64,000 bases of DNA from Gemmatimonadales bacterium (GTDB lineage: Bacteria > Gemmatimonadota > Gemmatimonadetes > Gemmatimonadales > GWC2-71-9). Positions 10,445 to 21,105 of the stretch are shown here, in pieces. How positions within the stretch are numbered: the stretch's first letter is position 1; each line of letters begins with the position of its first letter. A model generated the notes under the pieces. The model saw only the letters and a list, made by a program, of their open reading frames with translations, searched no databases and was not told the DNA's origin. The stretch covers positions 288,001 to 352,000 of the forward strand of contig JBBCJC010000002.1 in the NCBI GenBank assembly GCA_037189525.1, given 5' to 3'. The position numbers and the translations under genes were made by a program.

Positions 10445-10573
10445 GTGGGAGGTGAGGGGTGCCTCGGGGTCCGCCGCCAGTGCGTCGGTCGGCGCCCCCG
10501 CCCTTCCACCATCTTTCCCCGACACGCGCGACCGCAGCGCCAGGCGGACCCCGGGGCACCCCTCACCTCCCAC
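10445..10573. repeat. Long intergenic inverted repeat (MITE/REP-like element)
   Basis: 31-bp arms at 10445-10475 and 10543-10573 are reverse complements at 30/31 positions. Confidence 0.75.
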
Positions 10574-10588
10574 ATCAGACCACGACCC

Positions 10589-13204
10589 ATGCGCCTGGCC
10601 CCAATCGCATTCGCCAGCCTGCTGATCGGTTGCACCACCTCGACCCCAACCCCGACACCCGGTCCGAATCCGGTCGTCTATCCCAGCGCCGACTGGGCCA
10701 CTGTCGATCCCGCGAGCGCCGGCTGGAACACCACCGGTCTCGACTCCGTCCGCGCGGCCATCAGCCGGATGAACTCGAGCGCAATGGTCATCGTCGACGG
10801 CGGCCGAGTCGTGATGAGCTACGGCGACCTGACAGAACAGAGTTATCTGGCCTCGGTGCGCAAGAGCGTACTCTCGATGCTCTACGGGATCGAAGTCGCA
10901 CGCGGACGGGTCGACACCAGCAAAAGCCTGGCTCGGCTCGGTATCGACGACCGGCAGGCGCTGTCGGCTGCGGAGCGTGAAGCCACGGTACAGGATCTCC
11001 TCGCGGCGCGGTCCGGGGTCTATCACCCGGCGTCCAATCCGGGTGACAACCTGGCCGACGCACCGCGACGCGGCTCCCAGCGTCATGGCGCCTATCAGCT
11101 CTACAGCAACTGGGACTTCAACGCGTTAGGCACCATCTTCGAGCAGGAAACCGGTCGCAACATCTACGATGCCGTCGAGGCCGAGCTGGCGATTCCGCTC
11201 GAGATGCAGGATTGGCGGCGCGATCTGCAGCGCAAGTCGGGAGACACCACCCGATCGCGTCACCTCGCCTATCACATGCACTTCTCGACCCGCGACATGG
11301 CGCGGATCGGCTATCTGATGCTGCGCAACGGCCGCTGGCAGGATCGCCAGATCGTCCCGGCCGACTGGGTTCGTTTGAGCACCAGCGCCATCACCCCGCT
11401 CGAGGAGATGAACCCCGCGGCCACTCGGCGCGGCCGATTCGGCTACGGATATCTCTGGTGGGCCTATGACGGCGCGTGGAGCGGCGGTGTCTACGAAGGG
11501 GCCTATTCCGGCGTCGGCGCAGTGGGGCAGTACATCACCGTAATCCCCAGGCTCGATCTGGTCATCACCCACAAAACCGTGCCGAGAGCCGGCAACCCCG
11601 GCGTCCGTCACAACGACTACTGGGCCCTGGTCGACAAAATCGTTGCGGCCAAGACGGGCACCGTTCCGACTCCCGGACCGAGCTCCATCAAGCCGTACGA
11701 TGTGCTGGTCCGCGGCGGCACCGTGGTCGACGGCTCGGGCGCGCCCCGCTATCGCGCCGATGTCGCCATTGTCGGGAACCGGATCGTGCGTGTCGAACCA
11801 GGTGGTCTCGACTCTGCGCTAGCTGTGCGCGTCATCGATGCGGGTGGTCTCGTGGTTGCGCCCGGCTTCATCGACATGCATGCTCACATCGAGCCGTTGC
11901 TGGATCTGCCAGATGCGCAGAGTCATGTGCGCCAGGGCGTCACGCTGGCGCTTGGCGGGCCGGATGGCAGCGGACCGTTTCCGCTGGCTGCCTATCTCGA
12001 TCAGGCCGACCGCGCACCGCTGGGAATGAATGTCGCCTACCTGACCGGACACAACACGATTCGGCGTGAGGTCATGGGCACCGAGAACCGGGCGCCGACC
12101 GCCGGTGAGCAGGCACGGATGGAATCGCTCGTTGCGCAGGAGATGCAGGCCGGCGCGTTCGGTCTGAGCACCGGACTGCGCTACGTGCCCGGCTACTACG
12201 CGAATACGGACGAGGTGGTGGGCCTGTCTGCCGTAGCAGCCAAGGCAGGCGGCATTTACACCTCACACCTGCGCGAGGAAGGCGTCGGTTTGATCGAGGG
12301 CGTGGCAGAGGCGCTCGAGATCGGTCGTCGTGCCGCCATTCCGATCGTCCTCACGCATCACAAGGCGGTCGGTCGCCACGGCTGGGGCAAGAGTGCGGTG
12401 ACGCTGGCCATGGTCGATTCAGCTCGCAAGGCGGGCACGGATGTAATGATCGACCAGTATCCCTACACTGCCAGCTTCACCGGCCTCTCGGTCCTGGTGC
12501 CACCCTGGGCCCTGGCCGGAGGGACCGACCAGCTGCGCAAGCGGCTGAGCGATCCCGTCCTCCGCGACAGCATTACCCGCGGCGTGATCGATCTGATCAT
12601 CAACGACCGGGGCGGGAACGACCTGCGCCGGGTGCAGTTTGCCCTCGTCACCTGGGATCGCACGCTGCAGGGCAAGACGCTGCACGACTGGGCCGAACAG
12701 CGGAAGCTGCCCAGCAATCCGGCGACGGGAGCGCAGCTGGTCCTGGAAGGCGTGCTGAAGGGCAACGCCGGCATGGTCTATCACGTCATGGACGAGGCCG
12801 ACATCCGCCGGATCATGGCACACCCCGAAACCATGATCGCGAGCGATGGACGGATCACCGCCCTCGGCGACGGCGTGCCGCACCCGCGGAACTACGGGAC
12901 CTTTCCGCGGGTGCTCGGGCGCTACGTGCGGGAAGAACGCGTCCTGACGCTGGAGCAGGCGGTCCACAAAATGTCGGGTAAGCCGGCTGCCCGACTCGGA
13001 CTCAGCAACTACGGCTGCATTCGGAACGGCTGTGTTGCGGACCTGGCGCTGTTCGATCCCGAGACCGTCTCGGATCCCGCCACCTTTACCGACCCGCATC
13101 ACTATCCGGTCGGAATCCCGTGGGTACTGGTCAACGGTGAGCCGGTCATTGCCAACGGCCAGCTCACGGACGCGCGACCTGGCCGGGTGGTCCGCCGGCC
13201 CTAG
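10589..13204 (+). CDS. Lipoprotein fusing a beta-lactamase-like serine hydrolase to an N-acyl-D-amino-acid deacylase (amidohydrolase)
   Basis: LLIGC lipobox; SVRK (SxxK) and YSN motifs; then PGFIDMHAH, YTSHLR and PHPRNYGTFPRVLG. Confidence 0.88.
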   Translation: MRLAPIAFASLLIGCTTSTPTPTPGPNPVVYPSADWATVDPASAGWNTTGLDSVRAAISRMNSSAMVIVDGGRVVMSYGDLTEQSYLASVRKSVLSMLYGIEVARGRVDTSKSLARLGIDDRQALSAAEREATVQDLLAARSGVYHPASNPGDNLADAPRRGSQRHGAYQLYSNWDFNALGTIFEQETGRNIYDAVEAELAIPLEMQDWRRDLQRKSGDTTRSRHLAYHMHFSTRDMARIGYLMLRNGRWQDRQIVPADWVRLSTSAITPLEEMNPAATRRGRFGYGYLWWAYDGAWSGGVYEGAYSGVGAVGQYITVIPRLDLVITHKTVPRAGNPGVRHNDYWALVDKIVAAKTGTVPTPGPSSIKPYDVLVRGGTVVDGSGAPRYRADVAIVGNRIVRVEPGGLDSALAVRVIDAGGLVVAPGFIDMHAHIEPLLDLPDAQSHVRQGVTLALGGPDGSGPFPLAAYLDQADRAPLGMNVAYLTGHNTIRREVMGTENRAPTAGEQARMESLVAQEMQAGAFGLSTGLRYVPGYYANTDEVVGLSAVAAKAGGIYTSHLREEGVGLIEGVAEALEIGRRAAIPIVLTHHKAVGRHGWGKSAVTLAMVDSARKAGTDVMIDQYPYTASFTGLSVLVPPWALAGGTDQLRKRLSDPVLRDSITRGVIDLIINDRGGNDLRRVQFALVTWDRTLQGKTLHDWAEQRKLPSNPATGAQLVLEGVLKGNAGMVYHVMDEADIRRIMAHPETMIASDGRITALGDGVPHPRNYGTFPRVLGRYVREERVLTLEQAVHKMSGKPAARLGLSNYGCIRNGCVADLALFDPETVSDPATFTDPHHYPVGIPWVLVNGEPVIANGQLTDARPGRVVRRP

Positions 13205-13211
13205 GGTGTGC

Positions 13212-15557
13212 TCAACGCATCCAGAGGGCAATGGTGCCGCACTCCGATCCGATACCGGCAAACTGGGGCGGGGTCGATGCCACCCCGACATAGACCTCAA
13301 TGGCCTCGAGCGTCTGGAGATGGAATTGATCGAGATTGACGGGATCGCCATCGCCCGGCTTCCAGTATGGCATACCGTCAACGAAGACCGAAAGCAGACA
13401 CGCCTGGATCTGGGTCGTAGACTCCTGGCAGGATATCGGCATTCGTCCAGCCCCTCGCCGGTTCGATCCCGGCGTGTAGCCGGTACAAGGAGGCGGCATC
13501 GGAACCATGATGAGTCCGGGAATGCGTCGTATCACGTCGGTTACTCGGGATTCTGCCCGGCGCTCCATCTCGTCACGCATCACGAAGCGCCCGGCTCCCG
13601 TGCGACGTCGCAATTCGAGATCGGCCATCCGGACCGAGGTTCGCACCGATGGACCCGCGACCTTCGCCTCCACGTTGGCGAGGTGCTGAGCGACCCGCTC
13701 CAGGCCGATGCTGACATCGGCGCCGGCATTGTCGCCCACCTCGACCGGCATCGTCGCGATCTGATATCCGAGCGCCCGCACATCGACGAGATACCGGCCT
13801 GGAGCGATCTGACCGAGTGTCGCACGCCCATCCTGATTGGTCCGCACCGTGTCGCCCAGCGGATGCAGCCGGATCAGCGCTTCGGCCACAGGAGCTGATC
13901 CGGCCTGCACGACGACCTGCACCGGACGCCCTTCGGCCTCTCGTACGGGGCCGCGCAGAACGAGATCATGCGTGGTCACACTCCCGGCCGGCATCGATAC
14001 CCAATGGGGCGATACGACCTGCAGCCCAGTCCCCCTGAACCAGACATCGCTGTCGGACGGCAAGCCGCAGACCCGGTAACGCCCATCGCTATCGGTCCGG
14101 GCAATCAACCGGCGGGCCGCATTCGCACCCCATGAGAGCTCGAGGCGAGCCCCCGGAACACCGGCACCGACACTATCCCGGACGACACCGCTCAGCATCG
14201 TCTTCGAGGTCGAATCGATCGTGGTTGCCGCGCACGACTGCAGTAACGTGGCGGCGGACGGGGTAGCAATGTTTGCGGTAGCCGTCCGACCCCGGGTCAG
14301 CGAGGCCGATCCCTTGGGTTCGATCCCGAGCGATGCAAAGCGCGGATGTGAAGTCGTGATCAGAAAACTGCCCTGCGTCGTCGTCTCGATCTGGTAGACA
14401 CCGGCAGAATCGGTGGTGGCGCGATAGGCGCTGCCGCCCAGCGAGACCTCGACACCCGGCAGCGGCGCCCCGAGAATCGAGTCATATACCACGCCGGCAA
14501 CGATCGCCCGGTTGGTCGGCGCGAGATCGAGCAGTTGCGCCGTTCCCCCGGTTTCACGGAAGCCGACCACGGGATCAGAGCCCGCAAAAGCGGTATTGCC
14601 GCGTCGCTCGACCAGAACCGGCATCCGGATCACCCAATCGCTCACGATCCAGCCGCCGCCCGGTAGCCGGGCAAACTCGATCCGCCCTCCTTCGTGACCG
14701 GTACGCCCACTGAAGTTGACGAACTGGAATTCGAGCAAGCGGAGTTCCGAACTTTCCCGATGCAGCCACAGTACCCCGGTTATTTCCGGAACCCGCCGGC
14801 CGCGGGTCGGCTCGAATGCGAGCCCGACCAGTCCGTCGCCTGCCGTGCGGCTCGGCACCGCCCGGAAGCAATGCGTCTCCATGAACTCATCGGATAAGAG
14901 CAGCGGCGCATCAGGACCCATGAACCAGGTCGTGGCCTCCTGCTTGACCACGAATCCGTCTTTGATCAGCTGCGCCGGTTCGACCGACACGAACGGACGC
15001 GTGGCCCGGGTTTGCTGTTTGGTCGATCGCTCGGCCCGGATCTGCAGTTCGGGATTGAGATCGCGTTCGAAGCGGGTGAGTTCGAGCAGCGGCTCGAGCG
15101 AGGTGCGGGTCACCTCGGTGCGCTGAAGCACCTTGGCTACCTCCGCCCAGAGCACCGCCAGCTGCGAACTCTGCTCTCGATCGAGCCGGCAGACGGATGA
15201 GCCGGCGGCAACCGAGATGTCCGGGAGCAGGACACGGTCGCTGGGCATCTCGACCGTGACCGACGCCGTATCGGTGCCGCGCACCTCGAACCCGATCCCG
15301 GTGATCCCCGCGTAGCCGATCCGGTCGGCACGCAACTCGAAGCGCCCCGAGCGGGGTAACGGCAAGAGCGTGCGCCCGCCCTCGTCGGTCAGCGCTCGCG
15401 CGATAGTGGCATCGCCATGGCGGACGGAAATCAAGGCGCCAACGACCGCGCGACCTCCTTCCGTCGCACGAACTTGTACGGCTTGAGCAGCAAGATCGGA
15501 GGCCGCAAGCACGGTAGCGCTCAGCAGCAGGGAGAGCCAGGGTCGTTTGTCGATCAT
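13212..15557 (-). CDS. Secreted protein with repeated carboxypeptidase-regulatory-like domains and a C-terminal TonB-plug-like domain
   Basis: Signal peptide; repeated GVV.DS..G.P.PG..V / TD..G.Y motifs; C-terminal FVDG...IEVY.G...P....CG.I.LW. Confidence 0.75.
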   Translation of the reverse strand: MIDKRPWLSLLLSATVLAASDLAAQAVQVRATEGGRAVVGALISVRHGDATIARALTDEGGRTLLPLPRSGRFELRADRIGYAGITGIGFEVRGTDTASVTVEMPSDRVLLPDISVAAGSSVCRLDREQSSQLAVLWAEVAKVLQRTEVTRTSLEPLLELTRFERDLNPELQIRAERSTKQQTRATRPFVSVEPAQLIKDGFVVKQEATTWFMGPDAPLLLSDEFMETHCFRAVPSRTAGDGLVGLAFEPTRGRRVPEITGVLWLHRESSELRLLEFQFVNFSGRTGHEGGRIEFARLPGGGWIVSDWVIRMPVLVERRGNTAFAGSDPVVGFRETGGTAQLLDLAPTNRAIVAGVVYDSILGAPLPGVEVSLGGSAYRATTDSAGVYQIETTTQGSFLITTSHPRFASLGIEPKGSASLTRGRTATANIATPSAATLLQSCAATTIDSTSKTMLSGVVRDSVGAGVPGARLELSWGANAARRLIARTDSDGRYRVCGLPSDSDVWFRGTGLQVVSPHWVSMPAGSVTTHDLVLRGPVREAEGRPVQVVVQAGSAPVAEALIRLHPLGDTVRTNQDGRATLGQIAPGRYLVDVRALGYQIATMPVEVGDNAGADVSIGLERVAQHLANVEAKVAGPSVRTSVRMADLELRRRTGAGRFVMRDEMERRAESRVTDVIRRIPGLIMVPMPPPCTGYTPGSNRRGAGRMPISCQESTTQIQACLLSVFVDGMPYWKPGDGDPVNLDQFHLQTLEAIEVYVGVASTPPQFAGIGSECGTIALWMR

Positions 15558-15638
15558 TGGATCTGCCTCCGATCGCGCAGCTCGACGATGGGGGCCGCAC
15601 ACGGCGTCGACACGCGGTCGACGCCGGCCTCCGATGCA

Positions 15639-16547
15639 TCAGCGCGCGCCGAGTCCCGTCAGCCGTTCACTGACCTGCTTGAGCTTGGCACGCGCCTCGG
15701 CGTCGTACGCCTGCGCGTGCGCTTTGCCCAGCTCCATACTGTTGTAAAACTTCCCGGTCCCCACGTCCTCGAGCACCAGCTGTAACACGGCACGAGTACC
15801 GTCATCGATCGTCGAGCGCGGGGCGTAGCCGCCACGGGCCACCATCCCGGTGGGCATCAGCGTGGCGGGGTGCAATGCATTGACCGTCACACCCTTTCCG
15901 TCCAACTCGGCCGCCAGGTCGATGGTAAACATGATCTGCGCCAGTTTGCTCTGACCGTACGCGCGGCGACCGGTGAAGTCCCGCTCGATCATCACGTCGT
16001 CGAAATCGATCGGCGCGGCCGAGAGCGAGGACACGTTGACGATCCGGGACGGGGCGCTTGCCACCAGGCGCGGCAACAGGATCCGGGTCAGCAGAAACCC
16101 GGAGAGGTAGTTGACCTGAAAGCGCGATTCATACCCATCGGCCGTCACGTCCCGCACATCGGGTGCGGTACCGATTCCGGCGTTGTTGATCAGCACGTCG
16201 AGGCGGTCGTAGTCCGCCAGGATCGTTTCCCCAAAGCGACGCACGTCGGCCGTGACCGACAGGTCCGCAGTATAGAACCGCGCGCTGCCTTTGCCCGCCG
16301 TCTGGATTTCCCGCAACACCTCGGCGCCCCGGGCCGAGTCGCGGCCATGGAGGATGACGTGCGCTCCGCCGGCGGCAAGCCGGAGCGCGACCTCGCGACC
16401 GAGGCCGCTGGTCGCCCCGGTCACCAGGATCACCTTTTGACCGGGGGACGGCCTGGCAACCTGCGCCTGGAGCACCGAACCGAAACCGACGAACAGCACG
16501 AGCAGCGGGGCGACGACGCGCCGGAGAATCAGCGAAAATGGCAGCAT
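15639..16547 (-). CDS. SDR-family oxidoreductase with predicted signal peptide
   Basis: TGATSGLG, NNAG and YGQSK motifs. Confidence 0.9.
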   Translation of the reverse strand: MLPFSLILRRVVAPLLVLFVGFGSVLQAQVARPSPGQKVILVTGATSGLGREVALRLAAGGAHVILHGRDSARGAEVLREIQTAGKGSARFYTADLSVTADVRRFGETILADYDRLDVLINNAGIGTAPDVRDVTADGYESRFQVNYLSGFLLTRILLPRLVASAPSRIVNVSSLSAAPIDFDDVMIERDFTGRRAYGQSKLAQIMFTIDLAAELDGKGVTVNALHPATLMPTGMVARGGYAPRSTIDDGTRAVLQLVLEDVGTGKFYNSMELGKAHAQAYDAEARAKLKQVSERLTGLGAR

Positions 16548-16756
16548 TTAGCGAAACTATCGCCCTGCACTCCCCTGAGCCAGTCCACAGACTGGATGGG
16601 AGGGGGTACTCCCACGGCCAGTGCCTGCATTTGGGGCATATGCCCGGGTTAGAAACCCCTCACCCCATCCCGGACGTATCTTCCATATTGAGGTCAGCTC
16701 GGGGCCAACCAGTGGGGTCGGCCCCTCGGGACCGGAAACGATGTCGACGGGTGGTC

Positions 16757-19567
16757 ATGCTCAGATTCCTGCTCCTTTCGTTGCTCCTGGCCGCCAGCGC
16801 CACCGCGCAGGCCGTCCCCAAGCGGACCGAGGCGCCGCCGCTGCCGCTCGACTCCGCGGTGGTGACCGGTACGTTGCCCAACGGTCTCCGCTATTTCGTC
16901 CGCAAAAACAGCCGGCCGGCCGCTCGGGCAGAGCTGCGGCTGGTCGTCAACGCCGGCTCGCTGCTGGAAGATGACGATCAGCTGGGCCTGGCCCATTTCG
17001 CCGAGCACATGGCGTTCAATGGGACGGCCAACTTCGAAAAGCACGAGCTGATCGACTATATCGAACGGATCGGGATGCGTTTCGGGGCCGACCTCAACGC
17101 CAGCACCTCGTTCGACGAGACCATCTACCAGCTCCAGGTCCCGACCGACAGCGCGCATCTGCTCAACACCGCGATGCAGATCCTGGAGGACTGGGCCCAC
17201 GGTGTCACCTTCGATACGGCCGAGATCCGCAAGGAGCGCGGCGTGGTGATCGAAGAGTGGCGACTCGACCAGGATGCCTCGAATCGGATGTTCCGGCAGC
17301 AGTTCCCCGTCCTGTTTCGCGGCTCGCGTTATCGGGACCGCCTGCCGATCGGCACCAAGGAGTCACTCGAAGAGTTCGCACCTGGCGCGCTGACCCGCTA
17401 CTACCGCGACTGGTATCGCCCCGACCTGATGGCCGTGGTGGCCGTGGGCGACTTCGACGTGGCGGCGGTAACCGCGCTGATCAAGACCCACTTCAGCAAG
17501 ATTCGGAGTCCGCGGACCAAGCGTCCCCGGGTCGACTATCGGATTCCGCTGCGTGATTCGACCGCCGTCGCGATTGCCACGGACCCCGAAGCCACCAGCA
17601 CCAGCATCAGCGTTTACTACCTCGAACCCGGCGACGTCGATCCCTCCGAGGCCGCCTATCGCGGCTCTCTGGTCGATGCGCTGTATGCGATGATGTTCAA
17701 CGCCCGGCTCGACGAACTGACCCAGCGCCCCAACCCGCCCTTCCTGGGTGCGGGTGGAGGTGCCAGCCGGCTGGTACGAGGCACCCGCGCCTTCTTCCTG
17801 GGTGCGGCCGTATCCGACACCGGAATTGCCCGGGGCTTCGAGGCGGTCCTGACCGAGGCAGAGCGGGTCGAACGACACGGCTTTACCCCGACCGAGCTCG
17901 ACCGCGCCAAGCAGGATCTACTGCGCAGCTACGAACGCGCCTACGCCGAGCGTGCCAACACGGAGTCGGCGCGCTACGCAGACGAGTATGTGCGACACTA
18001 TCTGACCACCGAAGCGATTCCCGGCATCGGCTACGAGTTGGGCCTGGTCAAACGGCTCCTGCCGACCATCGATCTCGCCGAGGTGAACCGCTCGGCGCGC
18101 ACCTGGCTCGATGGCAAAGATCGCGTCCTTCTGGTCAACGCACCGGACAAGGCCGCGGCCTCGATCCCCGATGCCGCGGCATTGCTGGCCCTGTTCGATC
18201 GGGTCCAGCGCGCCGACGTCGCCGCGTACGAAGAGAATGTGTCAGACGAGCCGCTGGTGACCGCAAGCCTGGCGCCGCGCGCCATTACCCAGACCACCAC
18301 CGACTCCGCCCTTGGTGTTACGACCTGGACCCTTCCCAATGGCGTCCGGGTGATCCTCAAACCGACCGACTTCAAAGCCGACGAAGTACTGCTGACCGCC
18401 TCGAGCCCGGGCGGGACCTCGGTCGTACCTGACAGCCTCTACACCGCCGCCGCGTTTGCGACGCAGCTGATCGGCCTGGGCGGGTTGGGGGAATTTTCGG
18501 CCATCGATCTACAGAAGAAGCTCGCAGGCAAGGCGGTGTCCGTCTCGCCCTATATCGGGAACTACTACGAAGGGCTGCAGGGCCAGGCCTCGCCGCAGGA
18601 CCTGGAAACGCTCTTTCAGTTGATCTATCTGCAGTTCACCGCGCCGAGGCAGGATCGCGACGCGTTTGAAGCGTTCAAGACCAATGCTCGCGCCGCGCTG
18701 GCCAATCGCAGCGCCAACCCGGCAACGGCGTTCCGCGACACGCTGACCGTCGTGCTCACCCAGCACCATCCGCGCACCCGGCCGATCAACGCCGCCATCG
18801 TCGACTCCTTCGACCTCGACCGATCGCTGCGCGTCTACCGCGACCGCTTCGGAGACGCCGGCGACTTCACCTTCGTCATCGTCGGCGCCTTCGCACTCGA
18901 CGCCATCCGGCCGCTGGTCGAGACCTATCTCGGCAATCTCCCCGCACGCCAGCGCAACGAGCAGTGGCGTGACGTGGGTATCCGCGCGCCAACCGGTGTG
19001 GTCGAGCGTCAGGTCGTTCGCGGCCTCGAACCGCGCAGCCAGACGCAGATGGTTTTCTCGGGCGCCTTCCCGTATTCGCGGGAAGAGCGGTTCGTGATTC
19101 GCAGCCTGGCGGACGTTCTGGATATCCGATTGCGCGAACGGCTGCGCGAAGATCTGGGCGGAACTTACGGTGCGTCGGTCAGCGCGTCGCCCACCAAAGT
19201 GCCGCGCGAGGAGTACTCGATCAGCGTCGGCTTCGGCTCCGCACCCGATCGGGTCGATGAGCTGGTGGCCGCTGTGTGGGCCGAGATCGATGCGCTCCGC
19301 AGTTCGGGTGCGACAGCCGACGAACTCGTCAAACTGCGCGAGTCGACCGTTCGTACCCGCGAAACCAGCCTGCGCGAAAACGGATTCTGGCTCGGCCAGC
19401 TGTCCGGATACCAGCAGACGGGTGAAAGTTTCCGGGGAATCCTGGACACGGCGGATCTGTTGCCGCTGCTCACGTCCGAGCGGATCAAAGAAGCCGCCAT
19501 TCGTTACCTCGACCGCAGCAACTACGTCAAGGTGACACTGATGCCGGAAACCGGCCGAACGCCCTGA
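16757..19567 (+). CDS. M16 family zinc metallopeptidase (PqqL-like)
   Basis: HFAEHMAFNGT inverted zincin motif; two LPNG-initiated halves; signal peptide. Confidence 0.92.
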   Translation: MLRFLLLSLLLAASATAQAVPKRTEAPPLPLDSAVVTGTLPNGLRYFVRKNSRPAARAELRLVVNAGSLLEDDDQLGLAHFAEHMAFNGTANFEKHELIDYIERIGMRFGADLNASTSFDETIYQLQVPTDSAHLLNTAMQILEDWAHGVTFDTAEIRKERGVVIEEWRLDQDASNRMFRQQFPVLFRGSRYRDRLPIGTKESLEEFAPGALTRYYRDWYRPDLMAVVAVGDFDVAAVTALIKTHFSKIRSPRTKRPRVDYRIPLRDSTAVAIATDPEATSTSISVYYLEPGDVDPSEAAYRGSLVDALYAMMFNARLDELTQRPNPPFLGAGGGASRLVRGTRAFFLGAAVSDTGIARGFEAVLTEAERVERHGFTPTELDRAKQDLLRSYERAYAERANTESARYADEYVRHYLTTEAIPGIGYELGLVKRLLPTIDLAEVNRSARTWLDGKDRVLLVNAPDKAAASIPDAAALLALFDRVQRADVAAYEENVSDEPLVTASLAPRAITQTTTDSALGVTTWTLPNGVRVILKPTDFKADEVLLTASSPGGTSVVPDSLYTAAAFATQLIGLGGLGEFSAIDLQKKLAGKAVSVSPYIGNYYEGLQGQASPQDLETLFQLIYLQFTAPRQDRDAFEAFKTNARAALANRSANPATAFRDTLTVVLTQHHPRTRPINAAIVDSFDLDRSLRVYRDRFGDAGDFTFVIVGAFALDAIRPLVETYLGNLPARQRNEQWRDVGIRAPTGVVERQVVRGLEPRSQTQMVFSGAFPYSREERFVIRSLADVLDIRLRERLREDLGGTYGASVSASPTKVPREEYSISVGFGSAPDRVDELVAAVWAEIDALRSSGATADELVKLRESTVRTRETSLRENGFWLGQLSGYQQTGESFRGILDTADLLPLLTSERIKEAAIRYLDRSNYVKVTLMPETGRTP

Positions 19568-19669
19568 CGTCACTGGACGCAAAGAGGGCCGACACTGTGC
19601 CGGCCCTCCGCCCTGCAATCCATCGAATGTCCCGACCGCACGCTCCGTAGGTCGAGAGGATACGCTCCG

Positions 19670-21103
19670 TCAGTTCGGCGTGAAGGCCGGGCACGCTAGC
19701 GCTGCGTTGCCGGTTTGCTCCCGCGCCAAGCACTCAGCCTGGGGAACCACCTGATTATTGGTAAGGGCAAAGTTGACGCCCGAAAGCGGCAACGTCGTCA
19801 GTCGCCCGAATCGGCGGATATCAACCCAGCGATGGCCCTGCAGCAAAAGCGACAGCCGGCGCTGTGTCAGTAGTTCGGTGACGAAATCATCGGCCGATGT
19901 GAACGCACCCCGCGACGCCAGATTTCCGCTGACGGTCCGAATCGCGTTGATGTCCGCCAGCGCGCCGTCCGCGTCACCCGTGAAGTACCGGGCCTCGGCG
20001 CGCAGCAGAATCAGCTCCTCGTTATCGATGATCGGGATACCGGTCGTAAGCGCGGGATAGACCTGAAAGCGCAGGTCGGTCGGGGTGTTCGATTCCGCCG
20101 GAACGCGGAGCGGCTGGCCGGTCAGGATCTTACCGGTGTACCGACGATCCGTCACACTCACCGTTCCGTCGTCACGAATCGACGGATGGGCGTACAGGTT
20201 GGCATTGTTGGGTGTCAACCCGTTGGCCGCATCGGTGCCGGAGTTCCCGAAGAAATACTGCGGGCCGAGTTTGAGGTTGCTCCTGTCGGCAGCAAGCGGC
20301 GCCAGGAAAGAACTCGACAGTGCCGTTAGCACCCCCTGATAGAGCGCCTGATTACGGTCGCCCAAGGAGGCCCGGTAGGCTTCGACCCGTGCCTTGAGAG
20401 CGCGGTTGAAACGTCCAAACCCTGCGGGCGTGTCGAAGCCGCCGAAGCCGATCCCGGCACCGGTCGGCAGGCTAAAAGGAAAGGCTGTGGTCCCAGCCGT
20501 CTGCAGTTGTGCATAACCGACATCGAGCTGCGCCGTGATATATCGATAGACCGAATCGCGCGGTACGAACGGCGCGAGATCATTGGCATCGTCACGAATC
20601 TCGATGACGGCGCCGAGGTTGTGCCGAGTGGCGATTACATAGAGCAATTCGAGCGCTTCGAGCGTACGCGCGAACCCGATGGCGCCCGCTTTCTGGCCCG
20701 GACTGAGGGCCGATCCGTTCTCCGCGGCGAGGCGGAAGGTCCGGATGTTTCTGAGCGTGGCATACCGATCGCCCCAGCCGCCGGTGGACTGCCCGGCCGG
20801 GTCGCTGAAGTTCTGGTAGAACGACGTGACCGATCGGCTTTCCGTTGGCGAGATACTGAAGACTTCGCGGCCGAACTGACCGGTTCCTGTGATGAATGCG
20901 CTGATCGAGGAGCGCTCAGATGCAATGATCCCGGTCGCCGCGAGGCGGAGCGCCTGCACCGGATCACTGGCCAGCGCGTCCGGGGTCGGCCGGTTCGGAT
21001 TGGACACACCGTCGACATCGCACGCTGAAGCACTCAGACTGAGGACGGCCGCGCCGATGAGGCGCCACTGAAAGCTGCGTAAGAACAAGGATGAGTGTTT
21101 CAT
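19670..21103 (-). CDS. susD: RagB/SusD family outer-membrane lipoprotein
   Basis: Lipobox ASAC; ELILLRAEA, INAIR, QGHRWVDIRR; directly downstream of susC. Confidence 0.88.
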   Translation of the reverse strand: MKHSSLFLRSFQWRLIGAAVLSLSASACDVDGVSNPNRPTPDALASDPVQALRLAATGIIASERSSISAFITGTGQFGREVFSISPTESRSVTSFYQNFSDPAGQSTGGWGDRYATLRNIRTFRLAAENGSALSPGQKAGAIGFARTLEALELLYVIATRHNLGAVIEIRDDANDLAPFVPRDSVYRYITAQLDVGYAQLQTAGTTAFPFSLPTGAGIGFGGFDTPAGFGRFNRALKARVEAYRASLGDRNQALYQGVLTALSSSFLAPLAADRSNLKLGPQYFFGNSGTDAANGLTPNNANLYAHPSIRDDGTVSVTDRRYTGKILTGQPLRVPAESNTPTDLRFQVYPALTTGIPIIDNEELILLRAEARYFTGDADGALADINAIRTVSGNLASRGAFTSADDFVTELLTQRRLSLLLQGHRWVDIRRFGRLTTLPLSGVNFALTNNQVVPQAECLAREQTGNAALACPAFTPN

Positions 21104-21105
21104 AA

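Noticed and set aside
9866..11086. 406-aa minus-strand ORF and similar long overlapping ORFs (22777-24501, 28943-30298, 18509-19618)
   Set aside because: Alternative-frame artefacts of high GC; they overlap well-supported genes and have no motifs.
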